From: an uncultured Candidatus Saccharibacteria bacterium | GTDB lineage: Bacteria; Patescibacteriota; Minisyncoccia; UBA6257; 2-01-FULL-56-20 | Assembly: GCA_964409535.1 (NCBI GenBank) | Contig: CAYPDQ010000002.1 | Coordinates: 1 to 49,247 of the forward strand | Direction of reading: 5' to 3' | DNA length: 49,247 bases | Shown here: piece after piece, positions 1 to 10,020 of the stretch | Layout: each line of letters starts with the position of its first letter | Numbering within the stretch: the first letter of the stretch is position 1 | Program-made: the position numbers and the translations under genes | The notes under the pieces: model-generated | What the model was told of the DNA's origin: nothing | The model's input: only the letters and a program-made list of their open reading frames with translations | Database searches by the model: none

Positions 1-82
1 CGATGGCGAGGACGGCGATGATGGCTATGACTATGAGGAGTTCGATGAGGGTGAAGGAACTCCTTCTTTCTCGTTTAGGCAT
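1..82 (-). CDS. type IV pilin-like protein, N-terminal fragment (gene runs off the left edge)
   Basis: Reverse complement of 82..1 reads MPKRERRSSFTLIELLIVIAIIAVLAI. A basic leader followed by the FTLIELLIV hydrophobic helix is the prepilin cleavage/N-methylation motif. Absent from the ORF track because it is truncated. Confidence 0.6.
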   Translation of the reverse strand, partial: MPKRERRSSFTLIELLIVIAIIAVLAI

Positions 83-93
83 AGGCAGAAAAC

Positions 94-1194
94 TTATTCC
101 CCGGCTTCCTCCAAAAGTTTCTTTAGCTTTGTCCCCGGTTTCTTAGGCGCCTTAATCATAAAGTCCACCAAGAGATCGCCGCGGCCGAAGCTGCCGAATC
201 TGGGCATTCCCTCGCCCGGGATGCGCAGGTTTTCTTTCAGATCGAAGCCAGCGGGGACCTCCGCGTGAATCTTGCCGCCGCCTATGGTCGATATCTCGAT
301 CTTTCTGCCCAAGAGCAAATCCAGCGCGCCAATCTCTTTCCGGACCACGAGGTCATCGCCCTCCCGCCGGAAACTATGGTGCGGTTTCACACGGATGCGG
401 ACATATAGGTCGCCCGCCGCCGTGCCCCGCTCCCCCGCCTCGCCCGCGCCCTTTACCTTTATGATCTGATCATTCTCTACGCCGGGCAGTATCTCCACTT
501 GGACCTTGCGCTCGCCCGGAACCGCGCCCTTGCCCTCGCAAACGGAGCAGACCTTGTTTGGGATCTGGCCGGTGCCGCGGCACTCACTGCAGGTTTTTAT
601 CTGGGAAAAACTGCCGAAAAACGTCCGCTTCTCTTCCCGTATCTCGCCCTGGCCCTTGCATACCGCGCAGGTCTTAAAACCAGCGGCTGCGTCTCCGCCC
701 TGGCCTTTGCACGCGGAGCAAAGAACGGACGTTCTTACCCGCAAATCCTTCACTGTGCCGCGAAAGGCCTCTTCCAGCGTGATCTCCTCCGCCACTTCCA
801 AATCCGACCCGCGGCGGTAGGTTTGCCGCTTGGGCCTCACCCCCAGGCCTTCAAAGAATGTCTCAAATATGTCTCCCAGGTCGCCGACGTCGCCGTGAAC
901 TTCCCAGCCGTAGTCCCCGCCGGGAAATCCGCCAAAGTCCCAACCCGGCGGAACCCCGCCGCCCGGAGAGCCCCACCCGCCAAAGGGCTCCGCCGTGCCG
1001 AAGCGGTCGTAGCGCGAACGCTTCTCCCGGTCGGAGAGAACCTGGTACGCCTCGTTTATCTCTTTGAACTTTGCCTCATCTCCGCCGCTCTTGTCCGGGT
1101 GATACTGATGCGCCAGGCGCCGGTAGGCCTTTTTTATCTCTTCTTCGGAGGCGCTCTGGGAGACGCCTAAAACTTTGTAGTAATCTTTAGCCAT
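94..1194 (-). CDS. dnaJ: molecular chaperone DnaJ
   Basis: J domain (KDYYKVLGV...HPDK), G/F-rich linker, four CxxCxGxG zinc-finger repeats, C-terminal substrate-binding domains. Confidence 0.95.
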   Translation of the reverse strand: MAKDYYKVLGVSQSASEEEIKKAYRRLAHQYHPDKSGGDEAKFKEINEAYQVLSDREKRSRYDRFGTAEPFGGWGSPGGGVPPGWDFGGFPGGDYGWEVHGDVGDLGDIFETFFEGLGVRPKRQTYRRGSDLEVAEEITLEEAFRGTVKDLRVRTSVLCSACKGQGGDAAAGFKTCAVCKGQGEIREEKRTFFGSFSQIKTCSECRGTGQIPNKVCSVCEGKGAVPGERKVQVEILPGVENDQIIKVKGAGEAGERGTAAGDLYVRIRVKPHHSFRREGDDLVVRKEIGALDLLLGRKIEISTIGGGKIHAEVPAGFDLKENLRIPGEGMPRFGSFGRGDLLVDFMIKAPKKPGTKLKKLLEEAGE

Positions 1195-1195
1195 T

Positions 1196-2194
1196 TCAAC
1201 TGTACTCTAATGTCTCGCGCATCCGGCTCTCGCCGACTATTTTTATGAAATCGGTCGCGAGAAGCGACTGGTAGATGAAGAAGCCGACTCCGGCGAGAAC
1301 GAGATGCGCCAAGCCGCCCACGCTCCGCAGGATGAAGAACATAACCACCCCCCAGATGAGCATAAGTTGCCCGCCGAATTTCTCCTGCCAGCCCCGCAAA
1401 CTCTTGAGCATCACCTGATAAAAAAGCGAGCTCAAAGGAGCAGTGGGATCAACTTTGGAACCGGCCCATTCGCCCAAACTCACGAGCACCTGTTTTGCCG
1501 CTTCTTCCACCGCCCGCTCCTTTGCCGCCGGCAGGAGCTGCAGGAAAGCCAGATTGGTTTTGAGCTGGAACTCGGCGAAACTCTTGGCGAATGCCTCTAT
1601 GGAAGAATCAAGTTTAAATTCCGGGTATAAGAGCGTCGTCACCCGGGAGGAAAAACCGTAAAGGCGGTCAAAAGCGTAGGGCGAGATAAAATCCCCGGCC
1701 GCGTTCCACTGCGGCAGATAGAAAAGCACCGCTAAAAGGACGAGCGCGGTGATCAGTTTATTGAGTTGGGGATGAACTACCTTGAAGAACTTGATGGCGA
1801 GCGCGCTTTGGAGTTCCGTTCGAGAGAGCATTTCTCCCCAGAGCATAAACCCGAAAGCCGCGAGCGCGGAACTCGCGAGAAAGGGAAACGGCAGATCGTA
1901 GAAAAAGGCCGCGATCCCCACCGTCGCCAAAACCAAAACCGAGATCCGGCGGCCCGGGCTTTTGGTTAAGAGCATCCCGAAAACGGAAAGCAGAGCAAAA
2001 AGAACGAAGAAAAACACCGTCCAAACCACGCTCGTGTCGCTCTTCAAATAGCCGCGGTAAAAAAGACCGAAGAAGATGGCGGCCAAAACCGTAAGGGCAT
2101 CCAACGCGATGGAGATATAAAAACCGGGCGGCCGGATGATTTTCTCCGCCGTGGTCCGTTTAAGAAGATTCTGGACCGTGAGTCTCTCGGCCAT
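1196..2194 (-). CDS. polytopic membrane protein of unknown function, wedged between dnaK and dnaJ
   Basis: 332-aa ORF with several long hydrophobic segments. Its annotated start overlaps the dnaK 3' end by 35 nt, and its stop lies 1 nt from the dnaJ start. No family recognised. Confidence 0.55.
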   Translation of the reverse strand: MAERLTVQNLLKRTTAEKIIRPPGFYISIALDALTVLAAIFFGLFYRGYLKSDTSVVWTVFFFVLFALLSVFGMLLTKSPGRRISVLVLATVGIAAFFYDLPFPFLASSALAAFGFMLWGEMLSRTELQSALAIKFFKVVHPQLNKLITALVLLAVLFYLPQWNAAGDFISPYAFDRLYGFSSRVTTLLYPEFKLDSSIEAFAKSFAEFQLKTNLAFLQLLPAAKERAVEEAAKQVLVSLGEWAGSKVDPTAPLSSLFYQVMLKSLRGWQEKFGGQLMLIWGVVMFFILRSVGGLAHLVLAGVGFFIYQSLLATDFIKIVGESRMRETLEYS

Positions 2195-4031
2195 CGTTCT
2201 CTTTGTCTTTGTTGTCTTTATTGTACATCATTTGGCCCATCTTCTGAACCTCCGCCGAAAGCTCCGCAAGCGCCGATTTTATCACGTTCAGGTCGTTTCC
2301 ATCTTTGACCTTCTTCAGATTTTCCACTTTGGCGTTCACCGCCGACTTAACATCTTCTCCAACTTTGTCTCCCGCCTCGCGCAGGGTTTTCTCCGCGAGA
2401 TAGATCGTCGCCTCGGCCTGGTTCCTCACCTCCGCAAGGTCGCGCTTCCCGGCATCCTCCGACGCGTGTTCCGCCGCTTCCCGCTTCAGGCGCTCCACCT
2501 CGTCCTTGGACAAGCTGGTGGATGCTTCGATCTTCACCGACTGGGATTTGCCGGTTGCCTTGTCCAGCGCTCTGACGTTCAAGATGCCGTTCGCGTCTAT
2601 ATCAAAGGTCACCTCAACCTGGGGCACGCCTCGCGGCGCGGGCGGGATACCGTCCAAAATGAACCTGGCGAGCGTCCGGTTGTCCGCCGCCATCGGCCGC
2701 TCGCCCTGCAAGACGTGAACTTCCACCGAGGTTTGGCTGTCCGCGGCGGTGGAGAATATCTGGGTCTTGGAAGTCGGAACGGTGGTGTTCTTGGGGATCA
2801 TCGGCGTAGCCACGCTGCCCAGGGTTTCAATGCTCAAGCTCAAAGGCGTCACGTCCAAAAGCAAGATGTCTTTGACGTCGCCCTGGAGTATCCCGGCCTG
2901 CACTGCGGCGCCCACCGCGACCACCTCGTCCGGATTGATGCCCTTGTGCGGCTCTTTGCCGAAGAGATTTTTTACCGCCTCAACCATCGCAGGCATGCGT
3001 GTCTGACCGCCGACCAAAATCACTTCGTTGATCTCATTAAGCTTCAAGCCCGCGCCCTTAGGCGGAGCGGCGGTCACCGTCTCCCTGGTGAGTTCAACGG
3101 AGCGATCGATCAAATCTTTGACCAGGCCCTCCAGCTTCGCCCGGGTGAGCTTCATCAGGAAGTGCTTGGGGCCGCTTGCGTCCGAGGAAATGTACGGCAG
3201 GTTTATCTCCGTCTCCACCGCAGTGGAAAGTTCGTGCTTCGCCCGCTCTGCCGCTTCTTTGAGGCGCTGGAGCGCGAGTGGGTCTTTGGAGATGTCCATC
3301 CCCTCCTGTTTCTTGTACTCCGCGACCAGGTATTCAATTATCCGCTTGTCAAAATCGTCGCCGCCCAAGTGAGTGTCGCCGCCGGTCGCTTTCGCTTCCA
3401 CCACGTCGTCGCCGACTTCCAGAACGGAGATGTCAAAAGTTCCGCCGCCGAAGTCATAGACGACTATCTTCTCGTTCTTTTGTTTGTTCAAACCGTAAGC
3501 CAGAGCCGCCGCGGTCGGCTCGTTTATTATCCGCCGCACCTTGAAACCCGCGATCTCGCCTGCGTTCTTGGTCGCCTGTCTTTGGGAATCGTCAAAGTAA
3601 GCCGGAACGGTGATGACCGCTTCTTCCACTTTTTCGCCCAGTTTGGCTTCCGCGTCCGCCTTAAGCTTGGCCAGAATGAACGCGGAAATTTCCTCCGGGG
3701 AGTAGTCCTTGTCGCCCATCTTCACCCGGACGCTCCCGGACGGTCCTTCCGCAATGTCGTAAGGCAGCCAGGTTTTGTCCCGCTGGACTTCCGGGTCGGT
3801 CCATTTACGGCCGATCAAGCGTTTGACCGAAAAGATGGTGTTTTTCGGATTGGTGATGGACTGGCGTTTGGCGAGGAGTCCCACCAGGCGTTCCCCCGCC
3901 TTGGAGAGAGCGACCACCGAGGGCGTGGTGCGGTTGCCTTCCGCGTTCTCCAAGATCTTCGGCTCGCCGCCCTCCGTTACCGCAACCGCAGAATTGGTGG
4001 TTCCCAAATCAATTCCTAAAATCTTCGCCAT
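2160..4031 (-). CDS. dnaK: molecular chaperone DnaK (Hsp70)
   Basis: [28 protein letters not shown] and related Hsp70 signatures along the full length. Confidence 0.97.
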   Translation of the reverse strand: MAKILGIDLGTTNSAVAVTEGGEPKILENAEGNRTTPSVVALSKAGERLVGLLAKRQSITNPKNTIFSVKRLIGRKWTDPEVQRDKTWLPYDIAEGPSGSVRVKMGDKDYSPEEISAFILAKLKADAEAKLGEKVEEAVITVPAYFDDSQRQATKNAGEIAGFKVRRIINEPTAAALAYGLNKQKNEKIVVYDFGGGTFDISVLEVGDDVVEAKATGGDTHLGGDDFDKRIIEYLVAEYKKQEGMDISKDPLALQRLKEAAERAKHELSTAVETEINLPYISSDASGPKHFLMKLTRAKLEGLVKDLIDRSVELTRETVTAAPPKGAGLKLNEINEVILVGGQTRMPAMVEAVKNLFGKEPHKGINPDEVVAVGAAVQAGILQGDVKDILLLDVTPLSLSIETLGSVATPMIPKNTTVPTSKTQIFSTAADSQTSVEVHVLQGERPMAADNRTLARFILDGIPPAPRGVPQVEVTFDIDANGILNVRALDKATGKSQSVKIEASTSLSKDEVERLKREAAEHASEDAGKRDLAEVRNQAEATIYLAEKTLREAGDKVGEDVKSAVNAKVENLKKVKDGNDLNVIKSALAELSAEVQKMGQMMYNKDNKDKENDGRETHGPESS

Positions 4032-4038
4032 TTTATTG

Positions 4039-4584
4039 TTATGAGTTATTCGTATTTTTTGTATGACCCTTTGACACCTTCACCCTCGCTGGTCTCAAAA
4101 CCTTATCATACAGCCGGTAGCCGGTTTCTATTTCTTCCACCACGCTGCCTTCGGGCAGTTCGGATTCGGTCTCGGCTATCGCTTCCATTACAGATGGATT
4201 AAACCTATCGCCCTGCTTAACTTCTATCCGCGTAAGACCGTGTCTTTTCAAAATATCTTCCATCTGGGCGCGGATCATATATATCCCTTTCTCCATCCCG
4301 ACGACCTGCGGTGTCGGGACTCCGGCTTCGCCTTCGCCGGTTAACGGCGACGCCTTTCTCCTCTCCATAGCCATAAGCGCAAGATCAAAGTTGTCCAAGA
4401 TACCCACCAGTTCCAAGACGAAGTCCGCATTGTGGTACTTGGCGAACTCCTGAAGCCGCTCCGCTTCTTCTTTTTTGTAGTTCAAGAGATCGGCTTTGGC
4501 CCGCTGCCAGCCGGCGAGATACTCATCCCGCTGTTTTTCACATTCGCTTTTATTTTTCTCCTCCTCGGTCATTTTTACTTGCAC
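4039..4584 (-). CDS. grpE: nucleotide exchange factor GrpE
   Basis: Coiled-coil N-terminus ([12 protein letters not shown]), LDNFDLAL and a C-terminal beta domain ([14 protein letters not shown]). Sits in the hrcA-grpE-dnaK context. Confidence 0.9.
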   Translation of the reverse strand: MQVKMTEEEKNKSECEKQRDEYLAGWQRAKADLLNYKKEEAERLQEFAKYHNADFVLELVGILDNFDLALMAMERRKASPLTGEGEAGVPTPQVVGMEKGIYMIRAQMEDILKRHGLTRIEVKQGDRFNPSVMEAIAETESELPEGSVVEEIETGYRLYDKVLRPARVKVSKGHTKNTNNS

Positions 4585-5263
4585 GTTTGAGGCCTTTCAT
4601 CACCCTTGCTGCTTTTCTGTAATCCATCTCTTTCGGGCCGATGGCGCAAACGAAGACCCGGTTGCCGTCCACGTCATAGCTCGCAGCCATAACCGCCAGG
4701 TTTTCGCTTTTGGTTATCGGGCTCTTGCGGCCGATGAAGACCCTTATCTCGTCATCCAAGAGAGAATTCTGCATCGCCGCCAAGCGCTCTTCCAGGCCCT
4801 CAAAGTCGTGGATCAAACTCCGCAATTCTACCGCCGGCCAGTCCAAGCGGTCAATCAAATTGGCGAGCATGCTTTTGTACACCGCTCTTTGCGGGAAAAC
4901 CGAGGCGGCCCCCAGTATGTCCAGTTCCGAGGAAAATTCTCGGAGGAACTCCGGCCAGGCCCGGCGCTCGAACAAACTGACCAAGGCGCGGGCGCAGTTC
5001 GGCTGTACGTCTTCAGAAAGAAGGTCCCGCGCATAGAATTCGTAGCCCTTATCGGCGGGCACACGTCCGGCGGCGTGGTGCGGCTGGGTAAGATAGCCCG
5101 AGTCGGAGAGGGCGTTCAGCTCCAAGCGGATCATTGCTGGCTTGATGCCGAAATCGTAATTATCGTAAAGCCATTCCGAGCTCACTGGCTCGCCGGTGTC
5201 TATGAATCCCCTAACGGCTGCTTTGAGTATTTGAGATGTTCTCTCGCTAAGCACGGGAGGCAT
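4550..5263 (-). CDS. hrcA: heat-inducible transcription repressor HrcA (short form)
   Basis: N-terminal winged-helix region (LSERTSQILKAAVRGFIDTGEPVSSEWL), GYLTQPHHAAGRVPADKGY, and a CIRCE operator directly upstream. At 237 aa it is shorter than classical HrcA. Confidence 0.85.
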   Translation of the reverse strand: MPPVLSERTSQILKAAVRGFIDTGEPVSSEWLYDNYDFGIKPAMIRLELNALSDSGYLTQPHHAAGRVPADKGYEFYARDLLSEDVQPNCARALVSLFERRAWPEFLREFSSELDILGAASVFPQRAVYKSMLANLIDRLDWPAVELRSLIHDFEGLEERLAAMQNSLLDDEIRVFIGRKSPITKSENLAVMAASYDVDGNRVFVCAIGPKEMDYRKAARVMKGLKRASKNDRGGEK

Positions 5264-5273
5264 TATATTGCCA

Positions 5274-5300
5274 TTAGCAATCCAGTGTCAAGGTTGCTAA
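5274..5300 (-). promoter_or_regulatory. CIRCE-like operator (HrcA binding site)
   Basis: TTAGCAATC-cagtgtcaa-GGTTGCTAA has the 9-N9-9 architecture of the CIRCE consensus TTAGCACTC-N9-GAGTGCTAA. It lies 11 nt upstream of the hrcA start. An extra half-site TTAGCAATC is at 5310-5318. Confidence 0.75.
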
Positions 5301-5487
5301 TGCGAAGCGTTAGCAATCGCAGACCCCGTATTATTTTTGCCGCCAGGGTGGTATTCACTAACGAACTACCGCGATGCTCGGGTTTCGGGAACGGTGCGCG
5401 CGGGCCGAATAGGCCCATCCCGTTGTGGGCGAAGCGCACCGCTGCAACATCAGGAGCAAAAATAGTGCGGGGTCAAGATTCTCGTGC

Positions 5488-5493
5488 TAAAAT
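5488..5493 (+). promoter_or_regulatory. -10 box (TGcTAAAAT) for cysS
   Basis: TAAAAT preceded by TGc (extended -10). An in-frame GTG follows 5 nt downstream (5499) and an ATG 11 nt downstream (5505). Confidence 0.5.
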
Positions 5494-5504
5494 CAAGCGT
5501 GCCA

Positions 5505-6902
5505 ATGAAATCTCGGTTGAAGCTCTACAACACCCTCTCTCGGCGTCTCACAACCTTCCGGCCGCTTAAAGACAAGTATGTCGGTCTCTATACCTGCGGC
5601 CCGACGGTATATAACTACGCCCACATCGGCAACCTGCGCACCTACATATTTGAAGACATCCTAGAGCGCGCCCTGGAATGGAACGGCTATAGGGTGAAGC
5701 GAGTGATGAACATAACCGACGTGGAAGACAAGATAATCCGGGATTCAAAGAAGGCCGGAAAAACTATTTTTGAATTCACCGCGCCGTATGAGAAAGCATT
5801 CTATGAAGACATCAAAAAACTGAATATCAAGCCCGCGGACGTCTATCCCAAAGCCACCCGCCACGTTGAAGAAATGATCGCGCTCATAGAGAAACTCTTC
5901 AAAAAGGGGCTGGCTTACAAGGCGGAGGGTTCGGTTTATTTTGACATTTCCAAGTTCAAAAAATACGGGCGCTTGTCCGGCCTCAAACTCCGAAAGCTCA
6001 AAGCCGGTGCCAGAGTTGACGTTGACGAATACGCAAAAGAAACCGCGGAGGACTTCGTTCTGTGGAAAGCAGCGAAGCCGGGCGAGCCGTCCTGGCGCGC
6101 TCCTTTTGGAGACGGGCGGCCCGGTTGGCATATTGAGTGTTCCGCGATGTCAATGAAATATCTTGGCCCGACCTTGGACATTCACGCCGGCGGGGTGGAC
6201 CTCATATTCCCCCACCACGAAAACGAGATCGCCCAATCCGAGAGTGCGACCGGAAAAAAATTCGCCAAATTTTTCGTTGAGGGCGAACACCTCCTCGTGG
6301 ACGGTCAGAAAATGGCTAAGTCCTTGGGTAATACATATACCCTTCGGGATATAGAAGCCAAAAGAATAAATCCCCTCGCCTTCCGCTATCTGACTCTGGG
6401 CGCGCATTACCGCCAGAAATTGAATTTCACCTGGGAAAGTTTGGCGGCGGCGGAAAACGGGTTGAAAAATCTTTATAACCGCTACAGCGTCATTGCGACC
6501 GCGAGACACAGTCGTGGCGGGAAGCAATCCCGCAAGAGATTGCTTCGCGGGGCTCGCAATGACAAGTGGCGACAAAAGTTCACCGCCGCACTGAATGACG
6601 ATTTGAACACAGCCCGGGCAATCGCCGTCGCGGCCGCAGTCCTAAGAGACGCTAAGCTCAACCCTCGCGAGAAAGTCCCGCTCTTAAACGATTTTGACAA
6701 GGTTTTGGGGCTGGATATCGCGAAAGCCGCCGGAAAAACCGCCAAAATCCCCGCAAAAATAACGGAACTTGTCCGAAAACGCGAGGAATTCAGGCGTAAT
6801 AAACAGTTTGTGCAGGCCGACCGCTTGAGGCGGGAGATAGAACGGTTAGGATATGTGGTGGAAGATACGCCGCAGGGAGCCCGGCTGCGGCCTAAATCCT
6901 AA
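5505..6902 (+). CDS. cysS: cysteine--tRNA ligase
   Basis: LYNTLSR..., CGPTVYNYAHIGN (HIGH), KMAKSLGN (KMSKS), and the WHIECS zinc-site region. Start is ambiguous: in-frame GTG at 5484 and 5499, ATG at 5505. Confidence 0.93.
   Translation: MKSRLKLYNTLSRRLTTFRPLKDKYVGLYTCGPTVYNYAHIGNLRTYIFEDILERALEWNGYRVKRVMNITDVEDKIIRDSKKAGKTIFEFTAPYEKAFYEDIKKLNIKPADVYPKATRHVEEMIALIEKLFKKGLAYKAEGSVYFDISKFKKYGRLSGLKLRKLKAGARVDVDEYAKETAEDFVLWKAAKPGEPSWRAPFGDGRPGWHIECSAMSMKYLGPTLDIHAGGVDLIFPHHENEIAQSESATGKKFAKFFVEGEHLLVDGQKMAKSLGNTYTLRDIEAKRINPLAFRYLTLGAHYRQKLNFTWESLAAAENGLKNLYNRYSVIATARHSRGGKQSRKRLLRGARNDKWRQKFTAALNDDLNTARAIAVAAAVLRDAKLNPREKVPLLNDFDKVLGLDIAKAAGKTAKIPAKITELVRKREEFRRNKQFVQADRLRREIERLGYVVEDTPQGARLRPKS
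6490..6560 (+). repeat. nested inverted repeat embedded in-frame in cysS
   Basis: The outer arm cattgcga (6490-6497) pairs with tcgcaatg (6553-6560). Next, ccgcg (6498-6502) pairs with cgcgg (6545-6549). The inner arm gaagcaatc (6520-6528) pairs with gattgcttc (6537-6545) around an 8-nt loop. Confidence 0.7.
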
Positions 6903-6912
6903 ATTCTAAATT

Positions 6913-8307
6913 ATGTCCCCCGCCAAGAAAATGCCCACAATCAAGTTGCCGCCGCAGAATTTGGAGGCCGAGCAGTCCGTCCTGGGCAGCTTGCTTTTGG
7001 ACAAGAACGCGATCACTAAAGTCGCGGACATGCTCACGCCGCCGGATTTCTACAATCCCGCCCACGAGAAGATATATGAAACCATCCTGGACCTATACGA
7101 AAAGCGGCGGCCGATAGACATTTTGACCCTGACCAACCGGCTGAAAGAACTGGAGAAACTCCAGGACGTCGGCGGCTCCGGCTACCTTGCGGAACTTACG
7201 AACCAAGTGACCACGCCCTCGCACGTGGACCACTACGCCAAGCTGGTCAAAGAAAAAAGAGTCCTGCGCGACCTCATTAAGGCCTCGGCGGAAATAACTG
7301 AAAACGCTTTTTCCCCGGGCAAGGAATTTGACGTACTCCTGGACGATGTTGAGCAGAAAATTTTGAACATCTCCCAGAAATCGTTGCCCCAGAATTTCAT
7401 TCCAATCCGCGAAGAACTGAAACCCGCCTACGAACGGATAGAGCGCCTGCATGAGCATAAAGAGGCCCTGCGGGGAGTCCCCACCGGTTTTACCCAGCTG
7501 GACAATCTCCTTTCCGGTCTCCAGAAATCGGATTTTGTGGTTCTGGGCGCGCGGCCATCCCTCGGCAAAACCTCGCTTGCCTTGGACATTGCCCGCCACG
7601 CCGCGCTTAAGGCCGGAGTACCGGTCGGCCTCTTCTCCCTGGAAATGTCCCGGGAGCAGGTCATTGACCGCCTGATCTCCGCGGAATCCCAGGTACCCTT
7701 GTGGAAATTGCGCACCGGGAGAATTTCAAGCGACCTGGAATTCCAGATGATCCAAGAGGCGTTGCACCACCTCTCTTTGGCGCCGATTTTCATTGACGAC
7801 AACCCGTCGCCCAACATTCTTCAGATGCGTTCCGCCGCCCGGCGCCTGCAAGTGGAACACGGCCTGGGCCTTCTTGTCGTGGACTATCTCCAACTCATCG
7901 CGCCGCGCAAGAATTCCGACAACCTGGTGGCCCAGGTGACCGAAATTTCCCGCGGCTTGAAAGCCCTTGCCCGGGAGCTGGAAGTGCCGCTTCTTGCCCT
8001 CTCCCAGCTTTCCCGCGCGGTGGACCAGCGCGACCACAAAGTTCCCAAGCTCCACGATCTCCGGGAGTCCGGAAGCATCGAGCAGGACGCGGACGTGGTG
8101 CTTTTCATCTACCGCAAAGACCGGGATAAAATTGACGTTCCGCCGGAGGAACAAAATGTAGCGCAAATAATCATCGCCAAGCATAGGAACGGCCCCTTGG
8201 GCTCGGTGGACCTGAAATTCGATTCGGAGCGCGTGTCCTTCCGGAACGTGGAAAAGATTTTGGGCCAAGTGGAAGAACCGATCACCCAGGAATTCGGAGC
8301 GTTCTGA
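6913..8307 (+). CDS. dnaB: replicative DNA helicase DnaB
   Basis: PPQNLEAEQSVLGSLL N-terminal domain, Walker A (GARPSLGKTS), and RecA-like motifs (VVDYLQL, LSQLSR, DADVVLFIYR). Confidence 0.95.
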   Translation: MSPAKKMPTIKLPPQNLEAEQSVLGSLLLDKNAITKVADMLTPPDFYNPAHEKIYETILDLYEKRRPIDILTLTNRLKELEKLQDVGGSGYLAELTNQVTTPSHVDHYAKLVKEKRVLRDLIKASAEITENAFSPGKEFDVLLDDVEQKILNISQKSLPQNFIPIREELKPAYERIERLHEHKEALRGVPTGFTQLDNLLSGLQKSDFVVLGARPSLGKTSLALDIARHAALKAGVPVGLFSLEMSREQVIDRLISAESQVPLWKLRTGRISSDLEFQMIQEALHHLSLAPIFIDDNPSPNILQMRSAARRLQVEHGLGLLVVDYLQLIAPRKNSDNLVAQVTEISRGLKALARELEVPLLALSQLSRAVDQRDHKVPKLHDLRESGSIEQDADVVLFIYRKDRDKIDVPPEEQNVAQIIIAKHRNGPLGSVDLKFDSERVSFRNVEKILGQVEEPITQEFGAF

Positions 8308-8350
8308 TAACGCGACGCGAAACTACGAATACATCCGAATCTACGAATAA

Positions 8351-8953
8351 ATGCGCCTGCCTGTATCTGTACAGAAACTCATTGCCGCCCTTTCGGAACT
8401 GCCATCCATCGGTCCGCGCCAGGCAACCCGGCTGGTTTTTTATCTAATCGGCCAGGGTGAAGCCCGGATCCACGAACTTGCCCGGAGCACGGACGAGCTC
8501 AAAAAAATAAAGACTTGCGAGCGCTGCTTTTTCATTCATGAAAACAAGGGTGTGCTGTGCGACATTTGCGCCGATCCGCACCGCGACCAGGGAACCATTC
8601 TCATAATTGAAAAAGAAACCGACCTCCTGTCGTTGGAGAATACCGGCAAATTCCGGGGGCGGTATTTCATCCTGGGGCCGGTGCCCAAGACCGGCCTTCT
8701 CGCCGACTGGCAAAAACTGCGGCTCCAAGCTCTGAAGAGTTTTATCCAAAAAGAACTGGGCGGCGAAGCGAAGGAGATAATTCTGGGGATGAATCCCACG
8801 AGCTTAGGCGATTTCCACGCTTCGATCCTGACCAAAGAACTCGCGCCGCTTGGGAAGAAGATCAGCCGCCTGGGCCGGGGACTGCCTACGGGCGGTGAGA
8901 TAGAGTTCGCCGATGACGAAACCCTCGGCTCTGCTTTGGAACGCCGGAGTTAG
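8351..8953 (+). CDS. recR: recombination protein RecR
   Basis: HhH region (LPSIGPRQATRLVFYL), C4 zinc finger (CERC...CDIC), Toprim domain. 200 aa. Confidence 0.93.
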   Translation: MRLPVSVQKLIAALSELPSIGPRQATRLVFYLIGQGEARIHELARSTDELKKIKTCERCFFIHENKGVLCDICADPHRDQGTILIIEKETDLLSLENTGKFRGRYFILGPVPKTGLLADWQKLRLQALKSFIQKELGGEAKEIILGMNPTSLGDFHASILTKELAPLGKKISRLGRGLPTGGEIEFADDETLGSALERRS

Positions 8954-10020
8954 CCGTGGCGGATAACCATCACATCTCCATCCTGAACAACGTACTCCTT
9001 GCCCTCTAAGCGCAGTAGGCCTTTCTCGCGCGCTCTTGCCCAGGAACCGGCTTCCAAAAGTTTCTGCCAGTTCACCACCTCCGCCCGGATGAACTTCCTT
9101 TCAAAATCGGAGTGGATCTCCCCCGCCGCCTGCGGCGCTTTGGTTCCCCGCCTGATAGTCCAGGCGCGGGTCTCGTCCTCACCGGTGGTCAAAAAACTGA
9201 TCAAATCCAAAATCTCGTAGGCCTTTTTTATCAAAGACAACATACCAACATTCTCAAGTATGTTGGTATGTTGTACTTCGGCCAAGTCCGAAACCACATA
9301 ATCCGCGCCCAGCTCTTTTATCTTTTTCTTTAAGTCCTCGCCTACCTCTCCCTCTTTGCCGTTCAAAAGATACAGTTGTTTTTTAGCGGTAAGCAAATTC
9401 AAATCTCTTATTCCACCATTCGCGCGAATTAGAGCAGCGAACTCCGGCGAGGCGGCAAGCACTCCGCCCTTTTCTAACGCGGATTTGATTGTGCGTAACG
9501 CCTCCAATCCTTGAACCGCTTCTTTTTTGCCGCCTTTGGCATCGGACTCCGCTTTGGCAAGACGCTTTTCCACTGTCTCCAAATCCTTAAAAATAAGCTC
9601 CGTATTTATCGTCTCCAAGTCCCGCAGAGGATCCACCGAACTCTCCACATGGACCACGTTCTCGTCCCGAAAAACTCGCAGAACGACAACGATGGCCTGT
9701 GTTTCCCGAATATGGGAAAGGAACTGATTGCCCAAACCCTCGCCCTTGTATGCGCCCTTGACCAAACCGGCGATATCGTAGAACTCCACAACCGCCGGGA
9801 TTTTCCTTGGCCCGCCGAAGCCTTGCGCGGAGGCGGCTTTTGGTAACGATAGCTCGTACAGTTTATCTAACCTTTCGTCCGGCACCGGCACCACTCCCAC
9901 GTTCGGGTCAATCGTGGCGAAAGGATAGTTCGCGGCCAAAACCTGCTGCTTAGTAAGCAAATTGAAAAGCGTGGACTTGCCGACGTTCGGTAGGCCTACT
10001 ATGCCTATTGATAATTTCAT
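8950..10020 (-). CDS. ychF: redox-regulated ATPase YchF (ribosome-binding)
   Basis: GIVGLPNVGKSTLFN, DIAGLVKGAYKGEGLGNQFL, and a TGS-like C-terminus (RAWTIRRGTKAPQAAGEIHSDFERKFIRAEV). Confidence 0.95.
   Translation of the reverse strand: MKLSIGIVGLPNVGKSTLFNLLTKQQVLAANYPFATIDPNVGVVPVPDERLDKLYELSLPKAASAQGFGGPRKIPAVVEFYDIAGLVKGAYKGEGLGNQFLSHIRETQAIVVVLRVFRDENVVHVESSVDPLRDLETINTELIFKDLETVEKRLAKAESDAKGGKKEAVQGLEALRTIKSALEKGGVLAASPEFAALIRANGGIRDLNLLTAKKQLYLLNGKEGEVGEDLKKKIKELGADYVVSDLAEVQHTNILENVGMLSLIKKAYEILDLISFLTTGEDETRAWTIRRGTKAPQAAGEIHSDFERKFIRAEVVNWQKLLEAGSWARAREKGLLRLEGKEYVVQDGDVMVIRHG
9237..9274. repeat. perfect 15-bp hairpin palindrome inside ychF
   Basis: acaacataccaacat (9237-9251), loop tctcaagt, atgttggtatgttgt (9260-9274). 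There are no mismatches. It is AT-rich relative to the gene and encodes QHTNILENVGML. Confidence 0.85.

Noticed and set aside
2136-4019. Long antisense ORFs opposite dnaK (627 aa). Similar ones lie opposite typA (37175-38587), purH (41128-42708), the MFS gene (29053-30285), the coiled-coil gene (17838-18620) and others.
   Set aside because: They mirror strongly supported genes on the other strand. Their sequences are Arg/Gly/His-rich and low-complexity, with no recognisable motifs. They are shadow ORFs typical of GC-rich coding DNA.
5345-5373. T-box-like string AGGGTGGTA...TACCGCG upstream of cysS.
   Set aside because: The canonical T-box sequence GGGUGGUACCGCG is contiguous, but here it is split by 13 nt. 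It also lies about 130 nt from the start codon, which leaves no room upstream for Stem I and a specifier loop because CIRCE and hrcA occupy that space. No terminator/antiterminator pair is evident. An Rfam scan would settle the question.
8323-8349. Direct repeat CTACGAATA (8323-8331 and 8341-8349), with CGAAT in between, upstream of recR.
   Set aside because: It is short and AT-rich, plausibly just promoter or -10-like sequence. There is too little information to call a regulatory site.
8950-8953. Convergent recR and ychF overlap by 4 nt at their stop codons, with no terminator between them.
   Set aside because: It is real but unremarkable in a compact genome, and no further signal is associated with it.
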